From Deltaproteobacteria bacterium (GTDB lineage: Bacteria; Myxococcota_A; Polyangia; Fen-1088), in contig JANRKS010000019.1 in the NCBI GenBank assembly GCA_033763315.1, positions 384,001 to 448,000 on the forward strand: DNA of 64,000 nucleotides. Direction: 5' to 3'. The notes under the pieces are model-generated. The model made no database searches, was not told where the DNA came from, and saw only the letters and a program-made list of their open reading frames with translations. A program made the translations under genes and the position numbers. Positions 9,764 through 19,259 of this stretch are shown here, one piece after another; the stretch's first letter is position 1, and each line of letters opens with the position of its first letter.

Positions 9764-9791
9764 TTGACACTCCGAAGGGCGCTGGTACAAC
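9764..9791 (+). promoter_or_regulatory. sigma70-type promoter of the tRNA cluster
   Basis: TTGACA-16 nt-TACAAC with TG extension, about 40 nt before the first tRNA. Confidence 0.65.
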
Positions 9792-9832
9792 AACGCCTCC
9801 TGGTTCTGCGACGCAGGTACGGGGTTTGTTAC

Positions 9833-9906
9833 TCGGGGATCGTCTAATGGCAGGACGCCAGTCTCTGAATCTGGCTATCAAGGTTCGAATCCTTGTCCCC
9901 GAACCA
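9833..9906 (+). tRNA. tRNA-Gln(CTG)
   Basis: Acceptor tcgggga/tccccga, loop ctCTGaa, GGTTCGAATCC, encoded CCA. Confidence 0.95.
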
Positions 9907-9941
9907 GGAAAATCTAGCGAAAAATCGAAGAAAATACATAT

Positions 9942-10015
9942 TCGGGGATCGTCTAATGGCAGGACGCCAGCCTTTGGAGCTGGCTATCAAGGTTCGAATC
10001 CTTGTCCCCGAACCA
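9942..10015 (+). tRNA. tRNA-Gln(TTG)
   Basis: Same body as the previous tRNA, arm ccagc-ctTTGga-gctgg, encoded CCA. Confidence 0.95.
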
Positions 10016-10056
10016 AGAGGTGGCCAACGCCGCCGCTTGAGCTTGAAAACTAAATC

Positions 10057-10128
10057 GGCCCCATAGTCTAGCGGTTAGGACAGCGCCCTCTCACGGCGTA
10101 GACCCGGGTTCAAATCCCGGTGGGGTCA
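10057..10128 (+). tRNA. tRNA-Glu(CTC)
   Basis: Acceptor ggcccca/tggggtc, loop ctCTCac, GGTTCAAATCC; CCA not encoded. Confidence 0.93.
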
Positions 10129-10139
10129 CTCAACTTCGT

Positions 10140-10853
10140 TCACTCGGCTTCCGTCTTCGGGCGATCGCCAGGATGGTTGGCCACTGATTCCCAGGGTCGA
10201 TCCGGACGTGCACCGGCGGGAATGCCACCGGTCACTTCTGAGGCTTGCAGCTCTCCGCGCGTCCACAGGGTGCGTTCCACCATGATCCGAAGCATCGTGT
10301 GAAGTTGTTCGCGCACGCGTGGCCCGTGGCTGCCTTCCAGGTGCTCGAACGCCAGCGCGATGGCTTCAAGGGTGCAAACTTGGCCTGGCTCATTCGCCGT
10401 GCGAAGCCGGTAGATCGATGGGCCGTCCACCGTGACCGTGGCGGCGGGAATTTGCGAAAGGCAGGGGATCCGCCGCCGCGCCCGCGACGCTTGGCTCCAG
10501 GTGCCGTCTGGAACCACGAGCGCGATGGGCTTTGCCCCGGCTGGTCGTTCGGCCAGCAGGTCCGCCAACGGACGGGCGTCCTCGGTGGGAAACAAAAGCA
10601 CGGGATCATGCGTGTCGGGCCACAGCGTCTCGTTTGGCACCGGCTGGTGCTGACCTCGCACAACGATGCGGCTGTTGGGCAGGCAGCGCGTGGCCAGCAC
10701 GCCCGTGTTGGTGGGCTTTTTTGTCTCCAGCTGATGCAGCACCAACACCAGGTGCGTTTGCGTTTCGATGCGTGGAACCAACCCGCAAATGCACACGTTC
10801 TGGTGCATGTGGCAGGTGCCACAGCGGGCGTCAGGATGGCGAGCGCGTCGCAT
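10140..10853 (-). CDS. DTW-domain tRNA-uridine aminocarboxypropyltransferase (TapT/YfiP-like)
   Basis: N-terminal CxxC..CxC, H..E..K.TNTG, LLFP, DGTW, TLEA. Confidence 0.88.
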   Translation of the reverse strand: MRRARHPDARCGTCHMHQNVCICGLVPRIETQTHLVLVLHQLETKKPTNTGVLATRCLPNSRIVVRGQHQPVPNETLWPDTHDPVLLFPTEDARPLADLLAERPAGAKPIALVVPDGTWSQASRARRRIPCLSQIPAATVTVDGPSIYRLRTANEPGQVCTLEAIALAFEHLEGSHGPRVREQLHTMLRIMVERTLWTRGELQASEVTGGIPAGARPDRPWESVANHPGDRPKTEAE

Positions 10854-12695
10854 TTACTGCGCGCCAGGAGCCACGGCGCCGCCACCGCCCATGCCCATGC
10901 CCATCAACGGCCGAACGATCGTGGCGACGTTTTGGAACGCGCGCAGCGGGATGAACCATTCCCCTGTGAACGCCTGGCCGCCCCCGTAGGAAAACAGCAT
11001 CGGGACGCGCAGCTTGTCGGCGCCAGGAATGAACGCCAACATGGCGTTCGCTTGCGCGAGGCTGGGTTCGCTCTTGGCCATATTCGCCAACATCGGACGC
11101 AAGATTTGGAAGAGGTCCAGATACACGAAGCCCTCCTTTCCTTTCGTCTCGTTCAACACCTGTTGCACGTCGGGATCGGTGGTGGATGTCGTGGTGCTGG
11201 AGAGCCGCGCGAGTTCAGCGTCCGACTTGTTCCCGGCCAATCCGAAAAGCTTGTTCGAGGTGACGGCCAACAGGTAACTGAGCTTGTTTGCCCCGAACAG
11301 CATCTGCACCTGTTTTTCCTCCTTGCTGTTCATGCCCATGGTCAAGGGCACCTCAAGACGCGCCTTGCTCCCCTGTCGCTTCCAGACAAACGAGGGCATT
11401 TTGGCCTTCGAATCCTTGGGCTGGCTTTTCGCGGCTTCCTTCATCAGCAGCCCAAGCCCCGTGGGGCCAAGCGCCATGTCGGCCGCGTCCATGACGGCCC
11501 CGGGGTCGGTTCCCGCCGCCAAGGGTGCGATGAACGAATAGTTCATGCCGCCGTCGAAATTAAAGGTGCCGCAGTACCCGCCTGTCAGCGCAGTCATCAG
11601 CTTTTGTGCGCCAACGGCCAAATTCTTCATGCCAGGCAAATTCACGTCAGACAGCGCGCCCATGGCGTCGGCGTAGCGCTTCAAGGCCGTGTCGCTGTAT
11701 CGAACCGCGAAGAAGCCCGCTTGCAAAGGACCGCCGGTGATCGCGGGATCCACTTCGTACGGCCGCACGTCGCCAAGCGATTTTGCGAACGCCGAGCCCG
11801 CGATGGGATGAATCCGGCCCAGAAATTTCAAGCCCACCGACGCGTCCACATCCAGCGCGATGTCCACCGATTGCGTGTTCACCAAGTCTTCGATGTAAGG
11901 GTCGAAGAACGCTGTGAGCATTTTTTCGGTGACCTCGGGCGGCATCGGCGAGGGCGTTCTGGTCGCCTGTTCGCGCATCTGCGCCAGCAAGCTGGTGCGG
12001 CCATTGGTGAGCGCTGTGCGAAGGTCTGTGCCCTGGCTGAGCGCCATCGCCTGCGGGTAGAGCGTGCTGATCACGTCGTCTGCTTTGCTGGTTCGTGCGG
12101 CCATGGCTTGCGTGCCGGCCGCCTGTAGCCCGTCAACTGAATCGCTGGCAATCAACACCGCGCCCAACGCGAATATCCACGATTCGCTGCCGTCCTTCGC
12201 CTTGATGTGAACCGCGCCTTTGTCCTCGCCAAGCTTGGTGCCCATCTCTTTGAGAAACGCGGCAGCCTCCTGGGCACTTTTGGCTTGCGCCGCGACAGCA
12301 AAGAACGGTGACTTATCTTTTTCGCGGCCAATGAAGGCGCTGCCGATAGGCTTGGCGAGATCCAGATGCGCCAGCAAGCTGGGGGGCAAGCCAGCTTGGG
12401 CAATCAGCATCTGCCGCAATTGTTCGGTGCCAAAGGGCAGCCCGAGTTTACCCGAGAGGGTGCCCACCTTACCCAAGGTGCCTTCAACGTCTGAAACCGT
12501 GACCGTGGCCACCAAGTTGTTTTGCGTTTGCTGGGCAGGGCGAAAGAAGGCGGGGGCGGTGACCACCGGGGGTGTGTTGACGGATTTCTTGCAGCCGTCC
12601 GAACAGCCCAACAGCATCGCCGCGCAAACAAGCGCGCCCGCGCGGCCCGATATTAAACCTGCGCGAGACCGCCATACACTTTGGATTAGACGCAT
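10854..12695 (-). CDS. Hypothetical lipoprotein
   Basis: Long ORF with protein-like composition; lipobox MLLGC. Confidence 0.7.
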   Translation of the reverse strand: MRLIQSVWRSRAGLISGRAGALVCAAMLLGCSDGCKKSVNTPPVVTAPAFFRPAQQTQNNLVATVTVSDVEGTLGKVGTLSGKLGLPFGTEQLRQMLIAQAGLPPSLLAHLDLAKPIGSAFIGREKDKSPFFAVAAQAKSAQEAAAFLKEMGTKLGEDKGAVHIKAKDGSESWIFALGAVLIASDSVDGLQAAGTQAMAARTSKADDVISTLYPQAMALSQGTDLRTALTNGRTSLLAQMREQATRTPSPMPPEVTEKMLTAFFDPYIEDLVNTQSVDIALDVDASVGLKFLGRIHPIAGSAFAKSLGDVRPYEVDPAITGGPLQAGFFAVRYSDTALKRYADAMGALSDVNLPGMKNLAVGAQKLMTALTGGYCGTFNFDGGMNYSFIAPLAAGTDPGAVMDAADMALGPTGLGLLMKEAAKSQPKDSKAKMPSFVWKRQGSKARLEVPLTMGMNSKEEKQVQMLFGANKLSYLLAVTSNKLFGLAGNKSDAELARLSSTTTSTTDPDVQQVLNETKGKEGFVYLDLFQILRPMLANMAKSEPSLAQANAMLAFIPGADKLRVPMLFSYGGGQAFTGEWFIPLRAFQNVATIVRPLMGMGMGGGGAVAPGAQ

Positions 12696-12782
12696 GCGGG
12701 CATTATCGGTGCACGTCGATGCATCGTCCAGCGCACAAAACATGATTTGCTTGGCGGTTACGAGCTATCCTTGCACACCCCC

Positions 12783-14012
12783 ATGGCGGCCGGCTCCCCG
12801 CGGACCATATTGCACGTTGATTTGGACGCCTTTTACGCGTCGGTCGAAGTGCGCGACAACCCCAGCCTGGCGGGGAAACCTGTGGTGGTGGGTGGGCACG
12901 CGCGCCGCGGCGTGGTTTGCGCCGCTTCTTACGAAGCGCGCCGCTTTGGGGTCCGCAGCGCCATGCCGATGGTGCAAGCGCTAAAGCTGTGCCCCCACGC
13001 GGTGGTGCTGGCGCCCCGAATGTCCCACTACGCCGAGATCTCCGCGGCCTTCTTCGCGATCTTGGGACACCATTCGCCGTTGGTTGAAGGCCTATCTTTG
13101 GACGAGGCGTTCTTGGATTGCACAGGGATGCGCAGTTTGATGGGCGATGGCGCCACCATCGCGCGCCTGATCAAGGCGGAGGTTCGCGCGAGACTGGGAT
13201 TGGTGGCTTCGGTGGGTGTGGCACCGAATAAGTTTCTCGCGAAGATCGGCAGCGATTTGCGCAAACCCGATGGCCTGGTGGTCGTGGAGCCAGACGCGAT
13301 CGAATCCTTCTTGCACCCGTTGCCAGTGAGTCGCCTGTGGGGCGTGGGCAAAGTGACCGAAGGCGCGCTTCGCTCATTCGGCATCGCCACCATCGGAGAT
13401 GTCACCCAGATCCCGGTTGATTTTTTGGCGGCGCGCTTGGGTCGTGGCGTGGCGGTTCACCTGGCGACCTTGGCCAGCGGCCTCGACGAGCGTCCCGTGG
13501 TTCCCGATCGTGAGGCCGTTTCGATCAGCCACGAGGATACGTTCGAGCACGACGAGCGATCGCTTGAGCGCTTGAGCGAAATCGTGCTGCCGCAGGCCGA
13601 CCGGGTGGCGGCACGTTTGCGCTCCCATGGTCTTCGGGCGCGGGTGGTTGTGTTGAAGGTGAAGTACGGCAACCACAAGCTTGTGTCGCGGCGGCGCACG
13701 TTGTCGCTTGCCACAGCGGACGGCGACGTGATCGGAAAAACCGCGGCGGCGCTGCTGCAAAATGTACCGGGGATCAGCACGCTGGGCGTGCGGCTCACGG
13801 GCGTGGGTGCCGCGGGCCTGCAGTTGGCGAAGGCCAGCGAGCCACAGACGGTGGGGCAACTTTCGCTGTTGGGCCCCACAGCGGTGGAGCGACAAACGCA
13901 AGCGGCGATTGAAGTGCGTGCCCGCGGCGAGCGACTGGGTCACACGCTGGACAGCATCCGCGAGCGCTTTGGCGGCAGCGCCATCGGGCGCGCCATCGAC
14001 GCCAAAACGTAA
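12783..14012 (+). CDS. dinB: DNA polymerase IV
   Basis: ILHVDLDAFYASVE, ASYEAR.FGVRSAMP, SLDEAFLD, KPDG, LWGVG. Confidence 0.95.
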   Translation: MAAGSPRTILHVDLDAFYASVEVRDNPSLAGKPVVVGGHARRGVVCAASYEARRFGVRSAMPMVQALKLCPHAVVLAPRMSHYAEISAAFFAILGHHSPLVEGLSLDEAFLDCTGMRSLMGDGATIARLIKAEVRARLGLVASVGVAPNKFLAKIGSDLRKPDGLVVVEPDAIESFLHPLPVSRLWGVGKVTEGALRSFGIATIGDVTQIPVDFLAARLGRGVAVHLATLASGLDERPVVPDREAVSISHEDTFEHDERSLERLSEIVLPQADRVAARLRSHGLRARVVVLKVKYGNHKLVSRRRTLSLATADGDVIGKTAAALLQNVPGISTLGVRLTGVGAAGLQLAKASEPQTVGQLSLLGPTAVERQTQAAIEVRARGERLGHTLDSIRERFGGSAIGRAIDAKT

Positions 14013-14061
14013 CAGGGCCGTGGGGGCTGGCAAAGATCCGGTCGGCTGACCCCGAAGATCA

Positions 14062-14090
14062 TTGACGCCGCACCCAACGTCATCTACGAA
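14062..14090 (+). promoter_or_regulatory. Candidate sigma70 promoter
   Basis: TTGACG-17 nt-TACGAA, 35 nt before ATG 14126. Confidence 0.4.
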
Positions 14091-14125
14091 AGGCGGACTC
14101 TGTTTGTATCCCCGAGCGTTCATCA

Positions 14126-15274
14126 ATGAAGACCATCACCGAGTTCCCCGGCATCATCCTTCGCCTTGCGGCTGACGCGCAGCAAGCCTTCCGTCGGCAA
14201 AACCAGGCGCCCGCGCCTGCGGTTGCCGAAGCCGCTGCGGAGCCCGTGGCCGAGCCAGACGCCGCTGCCGCCAGCGACGAGGCGCCGGCAGCCAGCGAGG
14301 CCGCCCCCGCCGAAGCCACGGGCGAGGCCGCGCAAGAGGCGTTGGTCGAAGCTGGTGCGGCAGAAGAATCCACCAGCCAGCCGGCCGATGAAAACGCTGA
14401 GGCGCCTGCCGCCCCGGCTGCTGCTGTGTCATTGGGCGAAGGCCCCGAGGCAGAGGCCGTGGGTGTGGCGGTGGGCATCACTGGCGACCGGTTGACCCGC
14501 TTGATGGAGGCATTGTCTGTGGCCGGCGGTCGCGTGCGCAACGTCCGCCTCGTACGAGTGCTTCAAGGCGAGAAGGCCCCATCCGGTGCCGAACAACGCG
14601 GCGACTTTTTCTACGTCCTCGACCTTATGCCCCGCACGATGTCGCAAGCGGCTCCGGCTGAGCGTGGCCGGGACGGCAAGGGGCGTGACGGGCGTCGCGG
14701 TGGCGGTGGCCGCGAGGGCGGCGGTCGTGGTCCGGGTGGCCCTGGCGGCGATCGTGGTCGTGGTCCGGGTGGCCCTGGCGGCGATCGTCGCGACGGTCGT
14801 CCACCGATGGGCGCACAGGGCGCGCCTGGTGCAGCCCCGGGCGGTGCGCCAGGTGAGCCACGGCGTGATGGCTTCCGGGGTCGACCCGGCGGCGGTGCGG
14901 GTGGAGATCGTCCACCAGGCGGGCGTCCTGGATTTGGTGGTGGTCCGGGTGGTGGCGGTCCGGGGGGCGGTCGGCCTCCAGGTGGGCGTCCTCCAGGTGG
15001 TGGCCGGCCTCCGTTTGAGGGCCGTGGGGCGGGCGCTGCTGGTCCTGCGGGGCCCGGTGGCGGCGCGCCCGGTGGGGACCGCGGCGGGCGTCCGTTTGGC
15101 GGTGGCGATCGTCGTCCCCGCGGTCCGCGTCCCGGCGGGCCCACGCCTCCTGTGTACGCTGCGCCTCGGCGCGGTGGCTGGGACGAGCCTGTGGTGACAC
15201 CTGCGGCGGCACCTGCCGCTCCGGTGGAGGCCCCTGCCGCAGCTCCTGCCGAAAAACCCGCAGACCAAAGCTAG
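14126..15274 (+). CDS. Hypothetical protein: acidic Ala/Glu region, small folded core, RGG/Gly-Pro-rich tail
   Basis: ORF composition; globular-looking core GDRLTRLMEAL...FFYVLD. Confidence 0.75.
   Translation: MKTITEFPGIILRLAADAQQAFRRQNQAPAPAVAEAAAEPVAEPDAAAASDEAPAASEAAPAEATGEAAQEALVEAGAAEESTSQPADENAEAPAAPAAAVSLGEGPEAEAVGVAVGITGDRLTRLMEALSVAGGRVRNVRLVRVLQGEKAPSGAEQRGDFFYVLDLMPRTMSQAAPAERGRDGKGRDGRRGGGGREGGGRGPGGPGGDRGRGPGGPGGDRRDGRPPMGAQGAPGAAPGGAPGEPRRDGFRGRPGGGAGGDRPPGGRPGFGGGPGGGGPGGGRPPGGRPPGGGRPPFEGRGAGAAGPAGPGGGAPGGDRGGRPFGGGDRRPRGPRPGGPTPPVYAAPRRGGWDEPVVTPAAAPAAPVEAPAAAPAEKPADQS
14723..14788 (+). repeat. 33-bp perfect tandem duplication (coding)
   Basis: ggtcgtggtccgggtggccctggcggcgatcgt x2, encoding GRGPGGPGGDR x2. 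Confidence 0.85.
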
Positions 15275-16251
15275 CGCGCAGGCAGCGCAGACGAGCGCGA
15301 AGCTTTCGACAAACCGTCGGGGCTTCGCGTTTCGCTTTTCGAAGGCGCCATCGTCGGCCAGTCCACTTCCGTGGCTTTGGGCCGTTCCTCTGTCGGGCGG
15401 ACCGCCGTGCTGCGTTTGCGTGGCCGCTCTACTGCCGGTGCAACCGAAGGCTTTGGCGGGGGCGGCGCGGCGTGCCCGGGGGGCAGCGGCACAACGGTGG
15501 GCACGAACCGGACGGGGTGCGCGTTCGATAGCTCGGGCCACGGCAACTCGAAGCCAAGCATGCCGTTTTGTCCCGTCAGAAACACAGGTTTTGCGCCATG
15601 GCTTGCGTCAGGAGCGGCCGGCGTGTTGGCGGCTGCCGCAACAGGGGGCGGATAAAGCAGCGCGAGGCCTCTGCGGTCGTCCGCGTTCGGCCGCCGGTTG
15701 TGGATCGTACCGGTACACGAATGCATGACGGCTTCGGGATCATCCGTGTGATTCAAGCCCAGCGCGTGGCCCAATTCGTGGGTGAGGACGGCCTGCAGAT
15801 CATAGTGCTCGGGCGCCACATCTTCTGGCCCCACAAAGCGAAAGTCGCACTCATTGATTTCAATTGTGGCGGCAGTAACCAAACCGGACGCCTTTGCAGC
15901 CTCAAACTGGGTTTGGCCAAGCAGCTTGGCTTTCCCTTTCCAAGTGCCGGCACAAAAGCGCACCACCACCATGGCTGCGTTGCCGTCTTTGCCGCGTGCG
16001 AATTTGGTTTGCAGTTCGGGGGCCGCATTCCACGCGGCAAGCGCTTCATCGAGGGCGAGCCCAACCGCGGTGGCGGGCACGTTACGGCTCGACCGCTGGG
16101 CGTCCAACCCCACGGTGATGATGGCCGCGTCCCAATGCACCACTTTGCCTTCATCTGTCTTCATCGCCGTGGCTGCAAAAGCCGGCCCCCCAGCCAAAAG
16201 ACTGGGTAGGGCAACCGCGGCAAAAAGGGGGCGCACCACCAGTTGTGACAT
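15271..16251 (-). CDS. Matrixin (M10A/metzincin) secreted metalloprotease
   Basis: HELGHALGLNH plus Met-turn AVM; signal peptide; Pro-rich tail. Confidence 0.88.
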   Translation of the reverse strand: MSQLVVRPLFAAVALPSLLAGGPAFAATAMKTDEGKVVHWDAAIITVGLDAQRSSRNVPATAVGLALDEALAAWNAAPELQTKFARGKDGNAAMVVVRFCAGTWKGKAKLLGQTQFEAAKASGLVTAATIEINECDFRFVGPEDVAPEHYDLQAVLTHELGHALGLNHTDDPEAVMHSCTGTIHNRRPNADDRRGLALLYPPPVAAAANTPAAPDASHGAKPVFLTGQNGMLGFELPWPELSNAHPVRFVPTVVPLPPGHAAPPPPKPSVAPAVERPRKRSTAVRPTEERPKATEVDWPTMAPSKSETRSPDGLSKASRSSALPAR

Positions 16252-16351
16252 CGGCTTCTTCGCCGTCCGGCTCAAACAAGAAAATGCCGAACGTTTCCCA
16301 TCTCCATGGCAACCTGCGGCACCCACAAGCGCACCCCGAAACAAAAAAACC

Positions 16352-18337
16352 ATGCCCACGCTTCCCGTGAACGTTCACCGCCCCATCATCATCGCCGCTT
16401 TGGCGCTTACCGCTCCGGCCACGGCCGCGCCCATGGCCCCCGCTGCGTCAGCCGCACCCCCGAACGGGGTGTGGCTCGAGGATTTGGACTATACGCATCA
16501 CACCGACAAGATGCGGCCCCGCGCGTCCGCCAAGGGCACCCCACTTACGATCGGCGGCAAAGTGTTTTCGCATGGCTTGGGGGGCACGGGGCGGGGCCAG
16601 CTGTTGGTGCGCTTGGGTGGCCGGGCGTTGCGCTTCGTTGCCACCGTGGGCATTGACGACGTTGAAAAGTCTAATGGGTCGAAAGACTTTCAAGTGTGGC
16701 TGGACGATAAGATGGTCGCTTCCTCCGGTGTCCTGCGCAAAGGCCAAAGCGCGAGGCTCGACGTCGATTTGAAGGGGGCTGATCGCCTCGAACTGATCGT
16801 GGCGCACGGGGGGGTTGAATCCGATTGGGATCGTTTCGTGATCGGGGACGCCCAGATCGTATTGCAACCCTGGGCGGCCGCCGATCGCGGGGCTTGGCCG
16901 CAACCGTACGCGCTTGTGCCCGAGCCCACCTTGCCGTTGGCCAGCCGGCATCGGTCGGAACCTGCGATCAACGGACCTCGCCTTGTGGGCGCTACGCCCG
17001 GGCATCCGTTTTTGCACCGCCTCGCCGTCACAGGGCAGGCGCCCCTGCAAGTCACGGTCACCGGGCTTCCGCGTGGGCTCACCTTCGATGCCAAGACGCG
17101 CACCCTGCGCGGCACCTTGCCGGCGGTTGGCACCTCGACTGTGCAAGTGCTGGCGAAAAACAAGCTTGGCAAAGCGCAAGCGGTGCTGACGATCGTGGGC
17201 AGCTATGCCAGCAGCGCCAAGGCGCTCACGCCGTTGATGGGGTGGAACTCATGGAACGTGTGGGGCAAAGAGATCAGCGCCAAGAAGATTCGTGACGCTG
17301 CCGATGCACTTGTGGCCTTGGGGCTGGCCGATCATGGCTTTACCTACTTGAACATTGACGACGGGTGGGAGGGCAAACGTGATGAGTGTGGGCGGCTGCA
17401 GCCCAGCCCAGCGTTTGGAGATGTGGCGGGGCTTGCCTCGGAGCTTCATTCACGAGGGTTGAAGCTGGGGATCTATTCTTCGCCCGGTCCACAAACGTGC
17501 GCCGAGTTCGAGGGCAGTTATGGGCATGAACAACAGGACGCACAAACGTTCGCGGCGTGGGGCGTCGATCTACTCAAGTACGATTGGTGCTCGTTCGATA
17601 AAATCGCGCCTGATCTAAGCCCGAAAGAGCAGCGCCGCCCCTACGCCGTGATGCAAGCCGCGCTCGAAAAAGCACCACGCGACATTGTTTACAGCGTGTG
17701 CAGCTACGGTCGAGGCGAAGTGTGGACGTGGGCCGCCGGCGTGGGCGCCAGCCAATGGCGCACCACCAGTGACATTTCAGATTCGTGGACGAGCCTTGAG
17801 GGGATTGCGTTTGCCCAAAGCGACAAAGCACCGTTTGCCAAACCCGGCCACGTCAATGATCCCGACATGCTGGTCGTGGGCAAAGTGGGGTGGGGGCACC
17901 CACGCCCCACAAACCTCAGCGGGAACGAGCAGATCCTCCACGTCACGCATTGGGCGATGGTGGCGGCGCCCCTGCTTCTGGGTTGCAACCTCGGCGAGCT
18001 GGACGATTTCACGTTGGACCTCCTGAGCAACGACGAAGTGCTGGCCGTGGATCAAGACGCACTTGTGGTGCCAGCGCAGCGCAAGTATGCGGATGGCCGC
18101 GCCGAGGTGTGGTCGCGACCGCTGCACGATGGTGGCGTGGCGGTGGCGTTATACAACCGCGGTCCCGTGGGGCGTGACGTCGCTTTGCGTTTTTCGGAGG
18201 TTGGACTTTCCGGCAAGCAGCAACTTCGCGATCTGTGGCAGCGCAAAGATTTGGGCGCGTTCAGCGACGTTTACACAACCCACGTGCCCCAACACGGCGC
18301 TGTTATGTTGAAGGTGACGCGGCCGCGTTCTAACTAG
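16352..18337 (+). CDS. GH27 alpha-galactosidase with NPCBM and Ig-like domains
   Basis: TPLMGWNSWN, NIDDGW, LKYDWC, WRTTSDI, NDPDML; start refined to ATG 16352. Confidence 0.92.
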   Translation: MPTLPVNVHRPIIIAALALTAPATAAPMAPAASAAPPNGVWLEDLDYTHHTDKMRPRASAKGTPLTIGGKVFSHGLGGTGRGQLLVRLGGRALRFVATVGIDDVEKSNGSKDFQVWLDDKMVASSGVLRKGQSARLDVDLKGADRLELIVAHGGVESDWDRFVIGDAQIVLQPWAAADRGAWPQPYALVPEPTLPLASRHRSEPAINGPRLVGATPGHPFLHRLAVTGQAPLQVTVTGLPRGLTFDAKTRTLRGTLPAVGTSTVQVLAKNKLGKAQAVLTIVGSYASSAKALTPLMGWNSWNVWGKEISAKKIRDAADALVALGLADHGFTYLNIDDGWEGKRDECGRLQPSPAFGDVAGLASELHSRGLKLGIYSSPGPQTCAEFEGSYGHEQQDAQTFAAWGVDLLKYDWCSFDKIAPDLSPKEQRRPYAVMQAALEKAPRDIVYSVCSYGRGEVWTWAAGVGASQWRTTSDISDSWTSLEGIAFAQSDKAPFAKPGHVNDPDMLVVGKVGWGHPRPTNLSGNEQILHVTHWAMVAAPLLLGCNLGELDDFTLDLLSNDEVLAVDQDALVVPAQRKYADGRAEVWSRPLHDGGVAVALYNRGPVGRDVALRFSEVGLSGKQQLRDLWQRKDLGAFSDVYTTHVPQHGAVMLKVTRPRSN

Positions 18338-19259
18338 GTTTGCCCGCGGGCGTTCCCATCGAGGCGCGCAAAGCTTCCAGATTCTCTGATGAGAAGTGAT
18401 AGGTGGTGCGACAGAATTCGCACACCACCTCAGCCACCCCTGGCTCCGTGAGGATCGCCGTGATCTCGCGTTCGCCCAACAAGGCGATGGTGGCTTCGGC
18501 GCGCTCGCGGCTGCACTGGCAACTAAACTGAACCGGCCTCGTTTCCAGCACGCGCAAGTCGCCGCTTAATTCACCCAAGGCTTTGCGTGCCAGATCCTCC
18601 GGCCCCAAACCCGATGAAGCCATCAACGCCGCGAAGAAGCCGCCTTGGTGCAAACGCTTTCGCTCTTGCGCCAATGTGTCTTGGTGTTCTCCCCCCGGCA
18701 TGGCCTGCAGCAACACGCCGCCCGCCCATAAAATCTGCCCTTTTTCGTCCAAGGCCGCGTCCGCCACCAGGACGCTGTCGATCTGCTCGCTCGTCACCAA
18801 GTAGCGTTCAATGTCCTCATCGATTTCACCTGAGGAAAACGCCGTGCGGCCCGTGAAGTGCTCCTTCAAACCAAGATCGCGCGCCACGGAAATGATGCCT
18901 TTGGCGCCCGTGATCGATGCCAGGTTCACCCGCGTTTTGGCAGGCACGTCCATTTCGATGCCACGTTTCTTAGGGTACGCGCGCACGTCACCACCGGATG
19001 TGGCATCCACCATCACCGTGCCAAGTTCGCCTTCGCCCGCGATGTGCAAAGACACTTTCTCGTCGCCTTTGGTCAGTGTGGCCAACAACAGTCCCGCGGT
19101 GGTGGCACGTGACAACGCCACGGCCATCGCGCCCGTGGTTTCGTGGCGGCGGCAGATTTCGCTGCACAGATCAGTGCTGGTGACGGCAACGAGACGCATC
19201 GAATCGCCCGCAAGCAGGCAACGAATGATCAAATCATCACTGGAAGCGGCGGCACTCAT
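18330..19259 (-). CDS. hslO: Hsp33 redox-regulated chaperone
   Basis: GEIDEDI..Y...SEQ, AGGVLLQAMPG, CQCS...CEFC. Confidence 0.93.
   Translation of the reverse strand: MSAAASSDDLIIRCLLAGDSMRLVAVTSTDLCSEICRRHETTGAMAVALSRATTAGLLLATLTKGDEKVSLHIAGEGELGTVMVDATSGGDVRAYPKKRGIEMDVPAKTRVNLASITGAKGIISVARDLGLKEHFTGRTAFSSGEIDEDIERYLVTSEQIDSVLVADAALDEKGQILWAGGVLLQAMPGGEHQDTLAQERKRLHQGGFFAALMASSGLGPEDLARKALGELSGDLRVLETRPVQFSCQCSRERAEATIALLGEREITAILTEPGVAEVVCEFCRTTYHFSSENLEALRASMGTPAGKPS

Noticed and set aside
9833-10015. Direct repeat as a possible CRISPR array or att site
   Set aside because: Both copies are complete tRNA-Gln genes; no spacers, cas genes or integrase
10245-12128. 627-aa + strand ORF
   Set aside because: Antisense to two coherent genes, no motifs; expected in high-GC DNA
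14690-15150. Repeat-rich DNA as a possible array
   Set aside because: Low-complexity in-frame Gly/Pro/Arg coding sequence
15854-16351. ORF-track N-terminal extension of the alpha-galactosidase (similar extensions at 52453, 63772 and 29723)
   Set aside because: The extensions overlap genuine neighbouring genes; internal starts fit signal peptides or family N-termini better
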